Source of the DNA: an uncultured bacterium | GTDB lineage: Bacteria; Auribacterota; Erginobacteria; Erginobacterales; Erginobacteraceae | NCBI GenBank assembly: GCA_937885075.1 | Contig: CAKZYZ010000354.1 | Coordinates: forward strand, 1 to 47,775 | DNA length: 47,775 nucleotides | Direction: 5' to 3' | Shown here: piece after piece, positions 38,929 to 47,775 of the stretch | Layout: each line of letters starts with the position of its first letter | How positions within the stretch are numbered: the first letter of the stretch is position 1 | The notes under the pieces: model-generated | Database searches by the model: none | Seen by the model: the letters and a program-made list of their open reading frames with translations, nothing else | What the model was told of the DNA's origin: nothing | Made by a program: the position numbers and the translations under genes

Positions 38929-39112
38929 TTTATATCTTCTCCCTTATTCCGATCTGCAGATCGGAATAATTGTAAAAGAATTGTGATAGATGTAATTAGT
39001 TCAGTATGATATATAAGTGCTGCTTTCTCCGCAACTATTTTGCGGTCAGGAGCTGAAGGCACTGAAAGCTTATATAATTCTTGTAAGCTTTCAGTGAACC
39101 TGTTCCCCCGTG

Positions 39113-39170
39113 CTCGTAGAGGCGACCTTCAGGTCGCCACTAATGGCAGCCTAAAGGCAGCCGCTACGAG
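39113..39170. repeat. GTAG-type REP doublet
   Basis: GTAGA-GGCGACCT-TC-AGGTCGCC and inverted GGCAGCCTAAAGGCAGCCGCTAC, flanked by CTTTCAGT..CC / GG..ACTGAAAG arms. Confidence 0.7.
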
Positions 39171-39224
39171 AGAATGTGGTCTACTGAAAGTTTTCTAATT
39201 TTTACGGAGTAATAATTACCGCGT

Positions 39225-41300
39225 ATGATATATAATCGCAAGATAGAGATAACGCTCTTCCTGGTCTTATTTCTCAGTTTCTCCTACTTCTATCAAGGCG
39301 GCGGCGCCAATCAGAATGCCCGCCTGGGACAGATGCGGGCGGTGGTGGAGAAAGGGCAGCTTCATTATCGGGGCATTCGTGTTCCGACTCACGATGTAGT
39401 TACCCGGAACGGTAAGGTCTATCCCAATAAGGCTCCGGGGATCAGTCTGAGCGGTGTCGCTCCCTATTTTCTGATCTCTCGACTCAAAGGGATAATTATC
39501 GAACTTTCTTCGGAAGACTTCTATCACCTCTTCTCCTGTTATCTCATTACGGTTCTTCTGGTGGGTCTCCCCTGCGCCCTGGGCGGGGTAATTTTCTTCC
39601 GATTGCTGGGTCTTTTTCATCCCGCGGCTATTCCGCGTCTGATATGTACTCTGGCGCTCTTTTTAGGGACCCCCGCCTTTGCTTACTCGACCGTGCTCTA
39701 TGGCCATATGGTCAGTTCTGTCCTGACAATGGTTGGATTCTATCTCCTCTATAAGTATCTCATCCTGGGACCTGATTCCCCCCGTGCCGGCTGGTATATC
39801 TTCCTGGCCGGACTGGCCTCAGGCTGGGCGGTGGTGACCGAGTACCCGACTGCTCTGATCGTCACGGTCCTGGCTCTCTATTGTTTTATCCACGCTATCT
39901 TTCGGAACGGAATTCGTTCATTCCGGTTCGGTTATTTCATACTCGGTCTGATCATCCCGGCGGGAGTGATGATGGGGTATAACTACCTGGTCTTTGACAA
40001 TCCTCTCTATGTCGCCTATTTTGATAAGACGGCCGCGCCCCATAAAGCCTACCAGCAGGGAGGGGTGCTGGGGTTAAATATCCATGCCCGGCAGTTTCTC
40101 AAGGCTCTCTATCAGACTTCCTTCGGCCCATTTCGCGGATTTTTTCACCTCTCTCCTTTTCTGATCTTAATCGCGCCCGGGATCTTCTACTTCGCTCGAA
40201 AGAAAGGGAAGCGAGCCCTCCTTATTACTCTCTGGATTCTTGTGTCCGCGTATTTCTTTATTAACAGTATATATCCATATTGGTATGGGGGAAAAGCCCT
40301 GGGTGCCCGTCACGCGATGGAGATCCTGCCCTATCTTGTTCTGCTGGCGTTCTTCTTCATCGTCCGGTTTCCCCGGCTTTCCGCGGTGCTGGCGGCGGTA
40401 TCGATCTTCTTCATGCTGACGGCTGTCTCGGTCCGGCCGGAAGAGTACGCCGCCCATCCCTTCCGGGATCTATATTTTTATGCTTTTTTCAACGGGGATC
40501 TCTCCCTTAACCATGAGACCACATTCCAGACCAACGCGGTTATCAGCAGTTCATACAATGCCTTTAATCTGGGAGAAGTGGCCGGGATGAAGGGACAGCT
40601 CAGTCTCATACCACTATATTTAATCTGGCTGATAGGAGGTGTATTTATGTTTAATTACAGCAGAAAAGAAGATAATAACCGGGTAACCGGACCAGCCGGA
40701 GGAACTTCTCCGGGGCTGCAGAAAGTCCTGATCGGTCTTCTTATAGCGGTCCTGATCGTCGGGGTGTTGAACCTCCTTTACCAGCTTCAGCTCAAATCGT
40801 ATCTGGAGGAGATGTCCGGCGCGGGCGAGTTCCGGGTCAGCTCCGCCCAGGCGCCGCCCTCACGGGTCCAGGCCCGGACCTCACCCGGCCATCGGATACA
40901 GATCTGGGAAGTAACAAAGCCCTATTCCGCCGGGGAGGTTCTCAAGGTGAAGGTCCAGCACGCCGATTCCGGCAAAGAGGGGGGATTTTACATAGTGGCT
41001 TACGGGGATAAGAATAATGACGGAAAGCCGGATATAGAATTGGGAAAATCTCCCTTTCTCACCGCCCGGTCGGCCGGGGATTGGAGTTACTGGACGGTCA
41101 GCGCTCCGGAGGGGCGTATATTTGTCGGTGATACCTGGAATGAAGGCGCCCGGGTCTTCTTTGATCGGAAAGGCTGGTCCGGCAAGGATTTCTCTTCCAC
41201 CATGTATTATTCCACCAGCGGAGCCCCCATCCTCTCCACCGGGCCACGCTCGACCAATATGGCAGTGGAGGTTGTTGAGGAAGAAGAGGTGTCGGAATAA
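39225..41300 (+). CDS. Polytopic GT-C-like membrane protein with C-terminal DxxxDG-loop domain
   Basis: Many TMs, YPNKAPG, YST..YGH, VVTEY, RGFFHLSP, W.GG...GARH; shared C-terminal domain from ~40900. Confidence 0.68.
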   Translation: MIYNRKIEITLFLVLFLSFSYFYQGGGANQNARLGQMRAVVEKGQLHYRGIRVPTHDVVTRNGKVYPNKAPGISLSGVAPYFLISRLKGIIIELSSEDFYHLFSCYLITVLLVGLPCALGGVIFFRLLGLFHPAAIPRLICTLALFLGTPAFAYSTVLYGHMVSSVLTMVGFYLLYKYLILGPDSPRAGWYIFLAGLASGWAVVTEYPTALIVTVLALYCFIHAIFRNGIRSFRFGYFILGLIIPAGVMMGYNYLVFDNPLYVAYFDKTAAPHKAYQQGGVLGLNIHARQFLKALYQTSFGPFRGFFHLSPFLILIAPGIFYFARKKGKRALLITLWILVSAYFFINSIYPYWYGGKALGARHAMEILPYLVLLAFFFIVRFPRLSAVLAAVSIFFMLTAVSVRPEEYAAHPFRDLYFYAFFNGDLSLNHETTFQTNAVISSSYNAFNLGEVAGMKGQLSLIPLYLIWLIGGVFMFNYSRKEDNNRVTGPAGGTSPGLQKVLIGLLIAVLIVGVLNLLYQLQLKSYLEEMSGAGEFRVSSAQAPPSRVQARTSPGHRIQIWEVTKPYSAGEVLKVKVQHADSGKEGGFYIVAYGDKNNDGKPDIELGKSPFLTARSAGDWSYWTVSAPEGRIFVGDTWNEGARVFFDRKGWSGKDFSSTMYYSTSGAPILSTGPRSTNMAVEVVEEEEVSE

Positions 41301-41359
41301 TATATTCATTTGCAAAAGGATTAAAAATTTTTTAAAGGGACTGAGGCGATAAAAAAAAC

Positions 41360-41502
41360 GAATATCGAACCGCAGAATATCCAATATCGAATGTCGAAGT
41401 AAAAAAGCCAAGACAAAAGGCAACTTCGATATTCGGAGTTCGGTGTTCGATGTTCGATATTCTCTTTTTAATTCGCGAAGATTCGCGAGATTCGCGGTTT
41501 AA
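41360..41502 (+). repeat. 7-mer periodic hairpin plus ATTCGCG module
   Basis: GAATATCGAAC...ATGTCGAAGT / ACTTCGATATTC...GTTCGATATTC (41360-41462); GCGAAGATTCGCG..GTTTAA also at 5406-5424 and inverted at 33072-33099. Confidence 0.8.
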
Positions 41503-41523
41503 TTAATTGCGAAGCCAAGTTGT

Positions 41524-43719
41524 ATGAAAAAGTGGGTTTTTATAATATTTGCCGTAAACCTGATCATACGGCTATTTCTGATAAACTGGCACCCCGCCAT
41601 CTATACCGATAGCGTTCTCTATATGGGCGCGCTTGACCGGATTCGGGGGACCATTATTCTCCCGGCCTATCCCTATGCCATTGTCCTCCTCCGTAATATA
41701 TTCACTGATCCCGTTACCTCCGGGCGGCTGGTATCAATCCTGTCCGCCGCTCTCACGGTCTTCCCGATCTACGGACTGACCCGAATAATCTACCGGAAGC
41801 GTGCCGCCCTCTTTACCATCCTGCTCTATTCGGTCTCTCCCCTGATCTTCCGCTGGTCGCTCCGGATTTTTCCTCACAGCCTCTACGCTCTCTTTGTTCT
41901 TCTCTTCCTCTACGGGATATTTAAGTATATGGAGAGCGCTCGAGCCCTCTATTTAGCCGGAGGAATCTTTATGGGCGGTCTGGCCGTTCTGACCTACCCG
42001 ACCGGCCTGGTCCTGGTACCGGTCGCGGTGGTGGCCTTAGCCGGATACTTTGCCGGGATTGAATACCGGGAGAAGAGGATAAAGTTTACTCTCCTGGTCT
42101 TTATCGCCGGGTCTGTAATCCTGTCGATAGTCTGTTATATGGCAGCTCCTTTTCGGAATCTGATTGAGATATCTCTCTCGCGGGTCCTGAGCTTCTTTCC
42201 TGTTAAGATCCCTCCGGGATCACTCCTCTGGCAGCTTCTCTTTATCTGGGCCTGCTGGCTTTTTATCTCTCTGCTTATCGGGTTCTTCCTTCCGGGACCG
42301 GAACGGAAGTCAGGATGGTGGTACAAGAGGCCCTTAGTCTTCCTGCTCCTGATCTTATCATTCGGGAGTTTTGTCTTCCTCCATATCTGGCAGCATTACC
42401 TGGCTCGCAGCAACTGGTATCAGACCGGGATGCTGACATCTTACCGTTCTCTGGCCGGGCGCTGGGAGTCCTGGCTGACCCATTATATCTATTCATACCC
42501 CTATGTTCTCTTCTATCCGGTCGCGTTAGCCGCGCTTCTTGGTTTGATAGTTACTCTTATCAGATCCCGAAGATTGTTGCGGCGATGGATCTGGCTGGCA
42601 TTTTTCGGATATTTTCTGGTCGGGACCTTCTACGCCCTGGTGGTAAATAAATGGTGGACTCCAAGATATCAATATACATTGGTAGTTCTGGCCCTGGTCC
42701 CGGCCGGATATGGGTTGAGCTGGCTCTGGGGATGGAAGAAGATGAAATGGATAGGCAAGTTGGCTCTCTTTATCTGTTTAGCCGGGAGCCTCACCTTTAC
42801 CGTCTTCACCATCTACTGGTCACGGGATAGTTTTGCCGATATCAGCCGGAGTTCGCTCTACCTGAAAGATCATTATCTCGATCGGCGGATATTTACCGAT
42901 GAACTCCAGAAAGTTGGTTTTTTTGCTCAACGGCCGCTTAGAGGCTATACCCGCCGCTCAAGTTCAACAATGCGGAAGGGCGATATTCTGGTTCTCCACG
43001 GCTGGCATACCAACCTCCGGACTGAGTACGCTTACCTGAACCGGATCTATGAGATGAAAGTGCTGAAAAAGTTCCCGGTTGATATCATCCCGTTGATGGC
43101 GGATGATATCGTGGATTGGGCCGGGAAGAGACTCCGCCGCCGTGCCAACGCCCCGGTGGTCTGGGATGAGAGATTTGAGAAACAGCATATCGAGAGCTGG
43201 ATAATAGATATCAAAGAACGGCGTGATGGTGACGATGACTCTTTCCGCCCGGGAGAGCAGGTTAATCAGAGATTCGGACCAACTCTTCCCGGGACCGAGT
43301 ACGCCGACTATTACGATATCGGTATCTGGGAAGTTACCCGGAAAGTTAAAAAGGGGGAGAAAGTGGTACTGGAGATCGCCCATGCCCGGGGAGGACCCGA
43401 AGGAGCTTTCCGGATGGAAGTTTTTTCCGACAGTGACGGTGACGGGCTTCCGGATAAGAGGGTAACCCGCTCCTCCCGTTTAGAAAAAGCGAAGGAAGGA
43501 GAATGGAGCCGATGGGAGTTCGTCGCCCCCGGAGGGAAGATATTTGTCGGCAGCAGCTGGGAGTTGGGCTCCTGGGTTTATCACATCAAACCTCAGCGGT
43601 CTGGCGGCGATCTGGGTGAAGTGATGTATTACTCCCGCGGCGGCCCCCCCAGTCATAAAGCCGATCGGATCGGGAAGGTAAAGATCTCCTTCCCCGGCGG
43701 TAAAGTAAGTAGTCAGTAA
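41524..43719 (+). CDS. ArnT/PMT-like GT-C membrane glycosyltransferase with C-terminal DxxxDG-loop domain
   Basis: YTDS..Y, P.YP, GRLVS, SP...WS, LAVLT.P.G, PRY motifs; shared C-terminal domain from ~43320. Confidence 0.78.
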   Translation: MKKWVFIIFAVNLIIRLFLINWHPAIYTDSVLYMGALDRIRGTIILPAYPYAIVLLRNIFTDPVTSGRLVSILSAALTVFPIYGLTRIIYRKRAALFTILLYSVSPLIFRWSLRIFPHSLYALFVLLFLYGIFKYMESARALYLAGGIFMGGLAVLTYPTGLVLVPVAVVALAGYFAGIEYREKRIKFTLLVFIAGSVILSIVCYMAAPFRNLIEISLSRVLSFFPVKIPPGSLLWQLLFIWACWLFISLLIGFFLPGPERKSGWWYKRPLVFLLLILSFGSFVFLHIWQHYLARSNWYQTGMLTSYRSLAGRWESWLTHYIYSYPYVLFYPVALAALLGLIVTLIRSRRLLRRWIWLAFFGYFLVGTFYALVVNKWWTPRYQYTLVVLALVPAGYGLSWLWGWKKMKWIGKLALFICLAGSLTFTVFTIYWSRDSFADISRSSLYLKDHYLDRRIFTDELQKVGFFAQRPLRGYTRRSSSTMRKGDILVLHGWHTNLRTEYAYLNRIYEMKVLKKFPVDIIPLMADDIVDWAGKRLRRRANAPVVWDERFEKQHIESWIIDIKERRDGDDDSFRPGEQVNQRFGPTLPGTEYADYYDIGIWEVTRKVKKGEKVVLEIAHARGGPEGAFRMEVFSDSDGDGLPDKRVTRSSRLEKAKEGEWSRWEFVAPGGKIFVGSSWELGSWVYHIKPQRSGGDLGEVMYYSRGGPPSHKADRIGKVKISFPGGKVSSQ

Positions 43720-43898
43720 GTAAGTGGTAATCAGTAGCCAGTTGGCTTCGATTGTCCCTGCTCCTGAATAGATTTGAAATAAATTCGGGTTATGCTAAAG
43801 TAATTTAATAGATATTGCATTATATGAAGATTTTAATTTTTCCAAATGGCGTTAGCTTCAGTGTTTTTCCACTAAGTTAGCGCCGAAGGCGATAACTT

Positions 43899-44861
43899 AT
43901 GATTAAAAGCAAAAAAATCCTTCTCACCGGCGGGGCTGGATTTATCGGTACTCATCTATGCCGTATCCTTTCGGATGAGAATGAAGTGGTGATTTATGAT
44001 AACCAGCATCGTGACGCGATTCACCTGACCGATCTCCCCGATCATCCTCATGTCTCTTTCATTAAGGGTGATGTTCTGGATGCCGCCGGTGTGGCTGAAG
44101 CAATGGCCGGATGCCAGATGGTTATTCACCTGGCCGCGATTGCCGGGATCGATACGGTCAATAAACGACCTACCGTAACGATGAAAGTGAATATGACCGG
44201 GACCCAGAATGTGCTGGAGGCGGCGGTTAAAGAGGGTGTGGAGCGCTTGATCGACTTCTCCACCAGCGAGGTTTATGGCTCCTTTGTCTACAATGCCGAT
44301 GAAGGGGACTCCACCATTCATGGCCGGGTCGGGGTCCTCCGCTGGATATACGCGGTCAGTAAGCTGGCCGCGGAACATATGACCCATTGCTATCATGTAG
44401 AGTACGGTCTTCCGGCAGTTACCATCCGACCGTTCAACATATATGGCCCTTATCAGGTAGGGGAGGGGGCAATCCAGAAATTTGTTATGGCTGCTCTCAA
44501 TAATGAACCGCTCTTTATCAATGGAGACGGATCCCAGATCCGCGCTTGGTGTTATATCGATGATTTTGTCCGGGGGGCTCTTCTCTGTCTGGAAAATGAT
44601 TCGGCGGTGGGAGAGGTATTCAATATCGGCAACCATAGCGCGGCGGTTACCATCCGCGATCTGGCGGAGAAGATCATTCGTCTCTCCGGTTCATCATCAA
44701 AACTCCAATTTCGGGATGCCCTGGGCGCCGATGTAGCCCTCCGTATCCCCAGCACGAAAAAGGCCGCCAATCTGCTGGGATTTGAAGCTTCGGTAATGCT
44801 GGAGGAAGGACTGAAGCGGAGTATTGAATGGTATGGGAGAAGAAAAGATAGTAAGCAGTAA
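43899..44861 (+). CDS. NAD-dependent epimerase/dehydratase (NDP-sugar modifying extended SDR)
   Basis: TGGAGFIG, HLAA, STSEVYG, YAVSK (YxxxK), RPFNIYGP, GDGSQIR. Confidence 0.93.
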   Translation: MIKSKKILLTGGAGFIGTHLCRILSDENEVVIYDNQHRDAIHLTDLPDHPHVSFIKGDVLDAAGVAEAMAGCQMVIHLAAIAGIDTVNKRPTVTMKVNMTGTQNVLEAAVKEGVERLIDFSTSEVYGSFVYNADEGDSTIHGRVGVLRWIYAVSKLAAEHMTHCYHVEYGLPAVTIRPFNIYGPYQVGEGAIQKFVMAALNNEPLFINGDGSQIRAWCYIDDFVRGALLCLENDSAVGEVFNIGNHSAAVTIRDLAEKIIRLSGSSSKLQFRDALGADVALRIPSTKKAANLLGFEASVMLEEGLKRSIEWYGRRKDSKQ

Positions 44862-45082
44862 GCGGTAACCGGTAAGCAGTAAGAGTATCCAATAACCAAG
44901 TCGATTTTTAATACCCAACATTGACTTACCATCAACAAATAAATCAGGACTATTAAAATTGGATATAGACGAAGATTAATATTGTTGTTTAATTATGTTA
45001 TAATCATGATAAGATTTATATTTAGTTAGTAAAATATTGATATTAAACGTTGATTTAAAAAAAATATCATCAATTTATTGGC

Positions 45083-45874
45083 ATGAGGATACCTTCTAAA
45101 TGTAAAGCTTGGGCTGGTCAGATGGATGCGGGAGAGGCTGAGGGGAAAATATTGCAGAATATTAAATCCGATGCCTGTATAGAAAAGGAAAGGGAGGAAA
45201 AATTTTTTAAATTACTTATAGAGTCAGATTCTCCAAAAGATGCTGAGGAAGCTCGAAAACAAGCTATTAATATAGTTGAGAAAGATAAGGAATATTTTAC
45301 ATGCAGTGGTGATGAAGTACCTTCAGATATTTTTAAACTATTGCTCCGTTTTCAAAGACCGTCATCAATTGGTCATTCAATGCCTGCGGATAAAAAGGAA
45401 GAATTGTTTGCAAAATTCGGTATAACTTCATACAATACTGCGAATGAAGAAGAGGAAGATTTTCCGTTAGAATATGAAGATTTGAAAATAATTACTGATG
45501 AATATGATGGAGATGTTGTTTTAGGTAATAAGAAATCGTTAGATATAGTCTGGGTTGCAGATTTTAATAATTGTGAATCACTGTTAAGCGGAGTCAGAGA
45601 TTTACTTATAATTTTAGGATTGGATACTTTGTTGAATGAAAAAAAAGATATGTGCTTGATTTTACAATATACCAGGAGTAAACTTGTTGAATCGCTACAT
45701 GTTCCTCGAGCATTTGATGGTATTGGGAGCCCCCAATTTCAAGTTCAAAGCGATTGCGACGCGTATCATGGTATAACCAAACCGTTAGAAAATGGTTATG
45801 ATGGGCTACCAGAAGCTATACATCGGGGGTGTAAGGTCAAGTTAGAGGTATTTGATGTAAGGAGAATAGAATGA
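45083..45874 (+). CDS. Hypothetical protein, AT-rich island gene 1
   Basis: 263-aa ORF in AT-rich DNA; ATGA overlap with the next gene. Confidence 0.7.
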   Translation: MRIPSKCKAWAGQMDAGEAEGKILQNIKSDACIEKEREEKFFKLLIESDSPKDAEEARKQAINIVEKDKEYFTCSGDEVPSDIFKLLLRFQRPSSIGHSMPADKKEELFAKFGITSYNTANEEEEDFPLEYEDLKIITDEYDGDVVLGNKKSLDIVWVADFNNCESLLSGVRDLLIILGLDTLLNEKKDMCLILQYTRSKLVESLHVPRAFDGIGSPQFQVQSDCDAYHGITKPLENGYDGLPEAIHRGCKVKLEVFDVRRIE

Positions 45875-46986
45875 TCTCTCAAGAAGAAGTTATTAATAAC
45901 CTTGATAGACACACTCCTGAACAGATCTACGAATTAGTAGTCTCTGGTTTCAAAGGAGAAGGGTTTTTTCCTGTTCAGGGAGGGTGGATTGAAGAACCTC
46001 CCGAAGATGCATTTATTCAAATATACCGTTGCAATGAAATTTCTGAAGAAATTCGAGACTCTATTATAAAGGGTTGTATTTATTTATACGAAAGAGTTTT
46101 CAATTTTCTGAGCTTGTCCTCTAAGGAACGGATTGAAAAAAAAGAACTTGTTCAAAAGTTAATCACACTCTGTAGATTCGTTGATATTGCCAAACCAAAT
46201 GAATTGGAAGGTCAGGCTAAATCCATACTTCGTTTTGCATTAGAAGTTCAATACTTAGAACCGAAGATACTTGGGGCAGTGATACGGGCTGCTAGAAGAT
46301 ACAGTCAAAGTGGAGCGGATATCCCGATATGGGAAGATATAATTAAACGAAAAAACTTTTCAGCGTATGCTTTTCAGGCTCTTCTAAAAATAGATCCTTA
46401 TTATGAGAGTATAGAGGATCATCTAATAGATTTATGGCGTCATCAAATTCAAGATGGTTGGCCTATTAATGTTCCATTTCTGGCCCGAAGAATGGCCCAA
46501 CAGCAGGATTCTAATGATTCTATTATAAGGGTCTTAAGGGCCATTCAATTAGAAGATAATATTCTTTGGAAAAAGATCAGAACAAATCTATTATCTAATA
46601 CTTGGACTGAAAAATGGGTTGAATCAGCAGAATCATCTGAAATAGAAAAACAAACTGTTAAATCTATAACGGATTACATAATAAATAAAAAAGAAATGTC
46701 ATATTTAGAATATGATGATGACTACAAAATAGGTCTACATAAAGTTCTTGAAAGTGAGGAGATTGATCCGTTATATTTATATATTCATGTAGTTGGAAAA
46801 ATAGACGATGAAAAAAGAATAATGGTGCATACAATTACAGCTCAATCCCCTTTAACGGATGAATTAAAAGAGCGTACTTTTAAAACCGCATTTGATGAAA
46901 ATATCGATTATCTAATGAAAAGCATACAAAAAACTTTCGAAGAAGAACCAGAGCAGCTAATATGGGGGGATACTATTAATGCCTGA
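45871..46986 (+). CDS. Hypothetical, probably alpha-helical protein, AT-rich island gene 2
   Basis: 371-aa ORF, AAGGAG RBS, overlaps both neighbours. Confidence 0.72.
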   Translation: MISQEEVINNLDRHTPEQIYELVVSGFKGEGFFPVQGGWIEEPPEDAFIQIYRCNEISEEIRDSIIKGCIYLYERVFNFLSLSSKERIEKKELVQKLITLCRFVDIAKPNELEGQAKSILRFALEVQYLEPKILGAVIRAARRYSQSGADIPIWEDIIKRKNFSAYAFQALLKIDPYYESIEDHLIDLWRHQIQDGWPINVPFLARRMAQQQDSNDSIIRVLRAIQLEDNILWKKIRTNLLSNTWTEKWVESAESSEIEKQTVKSITDYIINKKEMSYLEYDDDYKIGLHKVLESEEIDPLYLYIHVVGKIDDEKRIMVHTITAQSPLTDELKERTFKTAFDENIDYLMKSIQKTFEEEPEQLIWGDTINA

Positions 46987-47721
46987 AAGAAAATTACAAA
47001 CTGGTTATGATAAAATGGATGAAGGCCTAAAATCCTTTTATAGCTTAATTGATGACTCCACAAGACTTGAGGCTTCAATAAAAGCATTCAAAAATTACGA
47101 TTTATCTTTAAAAGAATTAACAAAAATTGTCCCACCACCTGCTATACCATTAATAATAACATTATTGGGAGATAAGACATATAAATTCTTATTGCAAAAC
47201 TTCCCCAAGGTTGACCAGAGCATTTTTGAAGAAGCGAGGAAGTTAGCAAAACAGCATTTTCCCAGGGTCCCAGAACATCCAGCCGCACAAGAACTAATGC
47301 GTAATATTGCCGCTTCTCAAGAAAAAGCCAAAATAGACGCGGAAAAGATTTTTTCTATTAGGGAAAATAAAATTAAAAGTATTGATTATAATCGATTGTG
47401 GCAACAAGTGGATGACAAGCTTATTCCAATAATCCGTATCGGATTTAGAGGTATTGAAAATGAATCGCTATTAGATTCGACTTTAGAATGGGATAGTTTA
47501 ACTTTTCTTGCGCAAGCATTTATTGAATTATTACGAGAGGAGTTTGAACGTGCTCAAAAGATTGTAAAACCCCAGAAGATTATTAATATCGATAAAAAGA
47601 AAATAGAAGAAAACTTAAAAAGAATGATAACGGATCTTCATAAAATTAAGAAGTTAGGATCGGTTTATGGAATTGAACTTAATCCGAAAAAGAAAGAGGA
47701 CGAGAATTCTGATAAAAAAGA
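46979..47721 (+). CDS. Hypothetical protein, AT-rich island gene 3 (3'-truncated by contig end)
   Basis: Open frame runs into adapter sequence at 47722; the apparent DRKSVV-stop tail is adapter-derived. Confidence 0.7.
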
Positions 47722-47775
47722 AGATCGGAAGAGCGTCGTGTAGGGAAAGAGTGTAGATCTCGGTGGTCGCCGTAT
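47722..47775 (+). other. Illumina TruSeq adapter read-through (artefact)
   Basis: AGATCGGAAGAGCGTCGTGTAGGGAAAGAGTGTAGATCTCGGTGGTCGCCGTAT is the standard adapter/P5 reverse complement. Confidence 0.98.

Noticed and set aside
47722-47743. Natural C-terminus DRKSVV and stop of the last ORF
   Set aside because: Encoded by sequencing adapter.

Overview
Bacterial contig fragment, probably from an anaerobe (host genes roughly 55% GC by eye), with three zones. (1) 1-18.2 kb, + strand: PAS-LuxR regulator, a pyrrolysine-free MtmB-like methyltransferase, two xanthine-dehydrogenase-family Mo subunits (the second split by a 176-bp MITE with a TAGCTA duplication), an amidohydrolase and a nucleoside-type ABC transporter with two BMP binding proteins. 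This looks like a (methylated) purine/nucleoside catabolic locus. (2) 18.3-44.9 kb: surface-glycan locus with Wzc, Wza, an outer-membrane barrel, a GT2, a B12 radical SAM enzyme, seven GT-C/ArnT-like membrane proteins and an NDP-sugar epimerase. Three of its proteins share an unrecognised DxxxDG-loop domain. (3) 45.0-47.7 kb: AT-rich three-gene island of unknown function, ending in Illumina adapter sequence. The most striking non-coding signal is a transcription-polarised, modular family of intergenic repeats (7/9-mer periodic arms, ~45-bp tandem units, a conserved GCCGAGG linker). One instance encloses a GxxExxY PD-(D/E)XK nuclease gene while three matching sites are empty. All calls come from motif recognition by eye; no searches were run.
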